Below the pieces are notes generated by a model. It was given only the letters and a program-made list of their open reading frames with translations, was not told the DNA's origin and did no database searches. A program made the translations under genes and the position numbers. A stretch of 63,963 bases of DNA, the filler included, from Craspedostauros australis (Eukaryota): the NCBI GenBank assembly GCA_030167865.1. It is 16 parts of 16 records of this genome, joined end to end, with 100 filler letters (N's around TTAATTAATTAA, not from the genome) between each part and the next. Parts side by side here need not be neighbours in the genome. Positions count along the whole stretch, not along the records: positions 62,306 to 63,963 come from JALAGF010004652.1; 15 more parts are not named here. One strand, given 5' to 3'. Of the stretch, positions 62,870-63,963 are shown in pieces. Positions within the stretch are counted from its first letter, which is position 1. Each line of letters begins with the position of its first letter.

Positions 62870-63963
62870 TTCGTTGAGAAGGTGTGCACTGAAGTTCGAT
62901 GCAGGCTTAGAGAGGCTCGTACTCGGTCGGCGAGTGCGGTTACAGCTTGCTTTAGCAGAGGCTACTGAAGTTCGACTTTGGGTCGCTTACCTTCAGCTGG
63001 GACTTTTGTCCTCTTGAGTGGCTCGGTTTTCGAGCTTGGGGTTCTGATCTCAGATCAGATGCATGCGAAGAGGACTTGGTCCTTTGGTGGAAGCTCGGTC
63101 TGCGAGCTGTGCCTTTTGGCTTGGTCTCAGAGAGACTCTTGCGATCGGTTGGCAGAGGAAGATGATCGGTGGAGTTGATTTGACTTGAGAGTATTTGGCA
63201 ACCACTCGCAGCTACCAGTTAGGATTCGAGCGTAGTTGGCACGAATCGGTGGTGAATGCCTCGTGAATCTGCCAGCTTCGGGATAGCCGTGTGATGCAGT
63301 TCAAGAGGGATGTACTGATTGAAGAGTTGTTACTGTAACGATGAGTAGATGAGTGCTTTGTAGCTAATCCTTGTCTGTGTTTATTATGAGTTAGCTAGTG
63401 GTGTTAGTAGGGTGAAGAAACGATGCCACACAACTTGGCGAGACCCTGCACTGATGTACTTGGTTCAGTGCTCAGGGTAGATGATCATAGCAGTGCCTTG
63501 CTCTCCACACATGTAGATGTCAGGAATCGGGTGTTCTGAAACACCATATTGCCGCACCTCCCAAGAGTAAGGAGCCGAACGTGGGGATATTCTACATTAC
63601 CGCAACTCCCACGTTTGATCANNNNNNNNNNNNNNNNNNNNNNNNNNNNNNNNNNNNNNNNNNNNNNNNNNNNNNNNNNNNNNNNNNNNNNNNNNNNNNN
63701 NNNNNNNNNNNNNNNNNNNNNNNNNAATCACACGTGTATGTCGCAGGGGGCGGGGATGTTGGAATCGTGACCAACATCACGATACGAGCGACTACGGCCC
63801 CCACGTCGCAACCAATGAGAAAAGAGCACTGGAGGAAGGCCGACATCACGAAGTGTGAGACGGCCTGTGAACGAACCTAGTATGAGGAACATCCAGGAAG
63901 CCGGTGAAGTGATCGGCGAAGAAACAATCAGAAACGATCGGAGTCGACCAGAGTTGATCGGAG

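Overview
Eukaryotic nuclear DNA, almost certainly from a diatom (silicon transporter SIT, diatom-type Ty1/copia 'CoDi' elements, DUF6824-type genes, GT-AG introns). The window is not one continuous locus. It is 16 contigs joined by artificial 100-bp spacers (44 N + TTAATTAATTAA + 44 N), so neighbourhoods across spacers mean nothing biologically. Host genes: a multi-pass membrane protein, two tandem paralogues with a CRAL-TRIO/Sec14-like region plus a DUF6824-like domain and identical intron positions, a signal-peptide single-TM protein, SIT divergent from a heat-shock factor, and a secreted Ser/Gly-rich precursor cut into peptides by seven RRL motifs (silacidin-like architecture, the most interesting host gene). 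Mobile DNA dominates the rest. It includes a complete 8.4-kb Ambal-like non-LTR retrotransposon (ORF1 + APE-RT-RNaseH-Zn knuckle) with a perfect 17-bp target-site duplication, several copia gag/pol/LTR fragments (some with large extra domains or no canonical PBS), two piggyBac-like transposases and a mariner-like fragment. A 2.2-kb octamer-built higher-order repeat is also present. Transposon sequences show a CpG->TpG/CpA decay signature. All family assignments come from motif recognition by eye; no database search was run.
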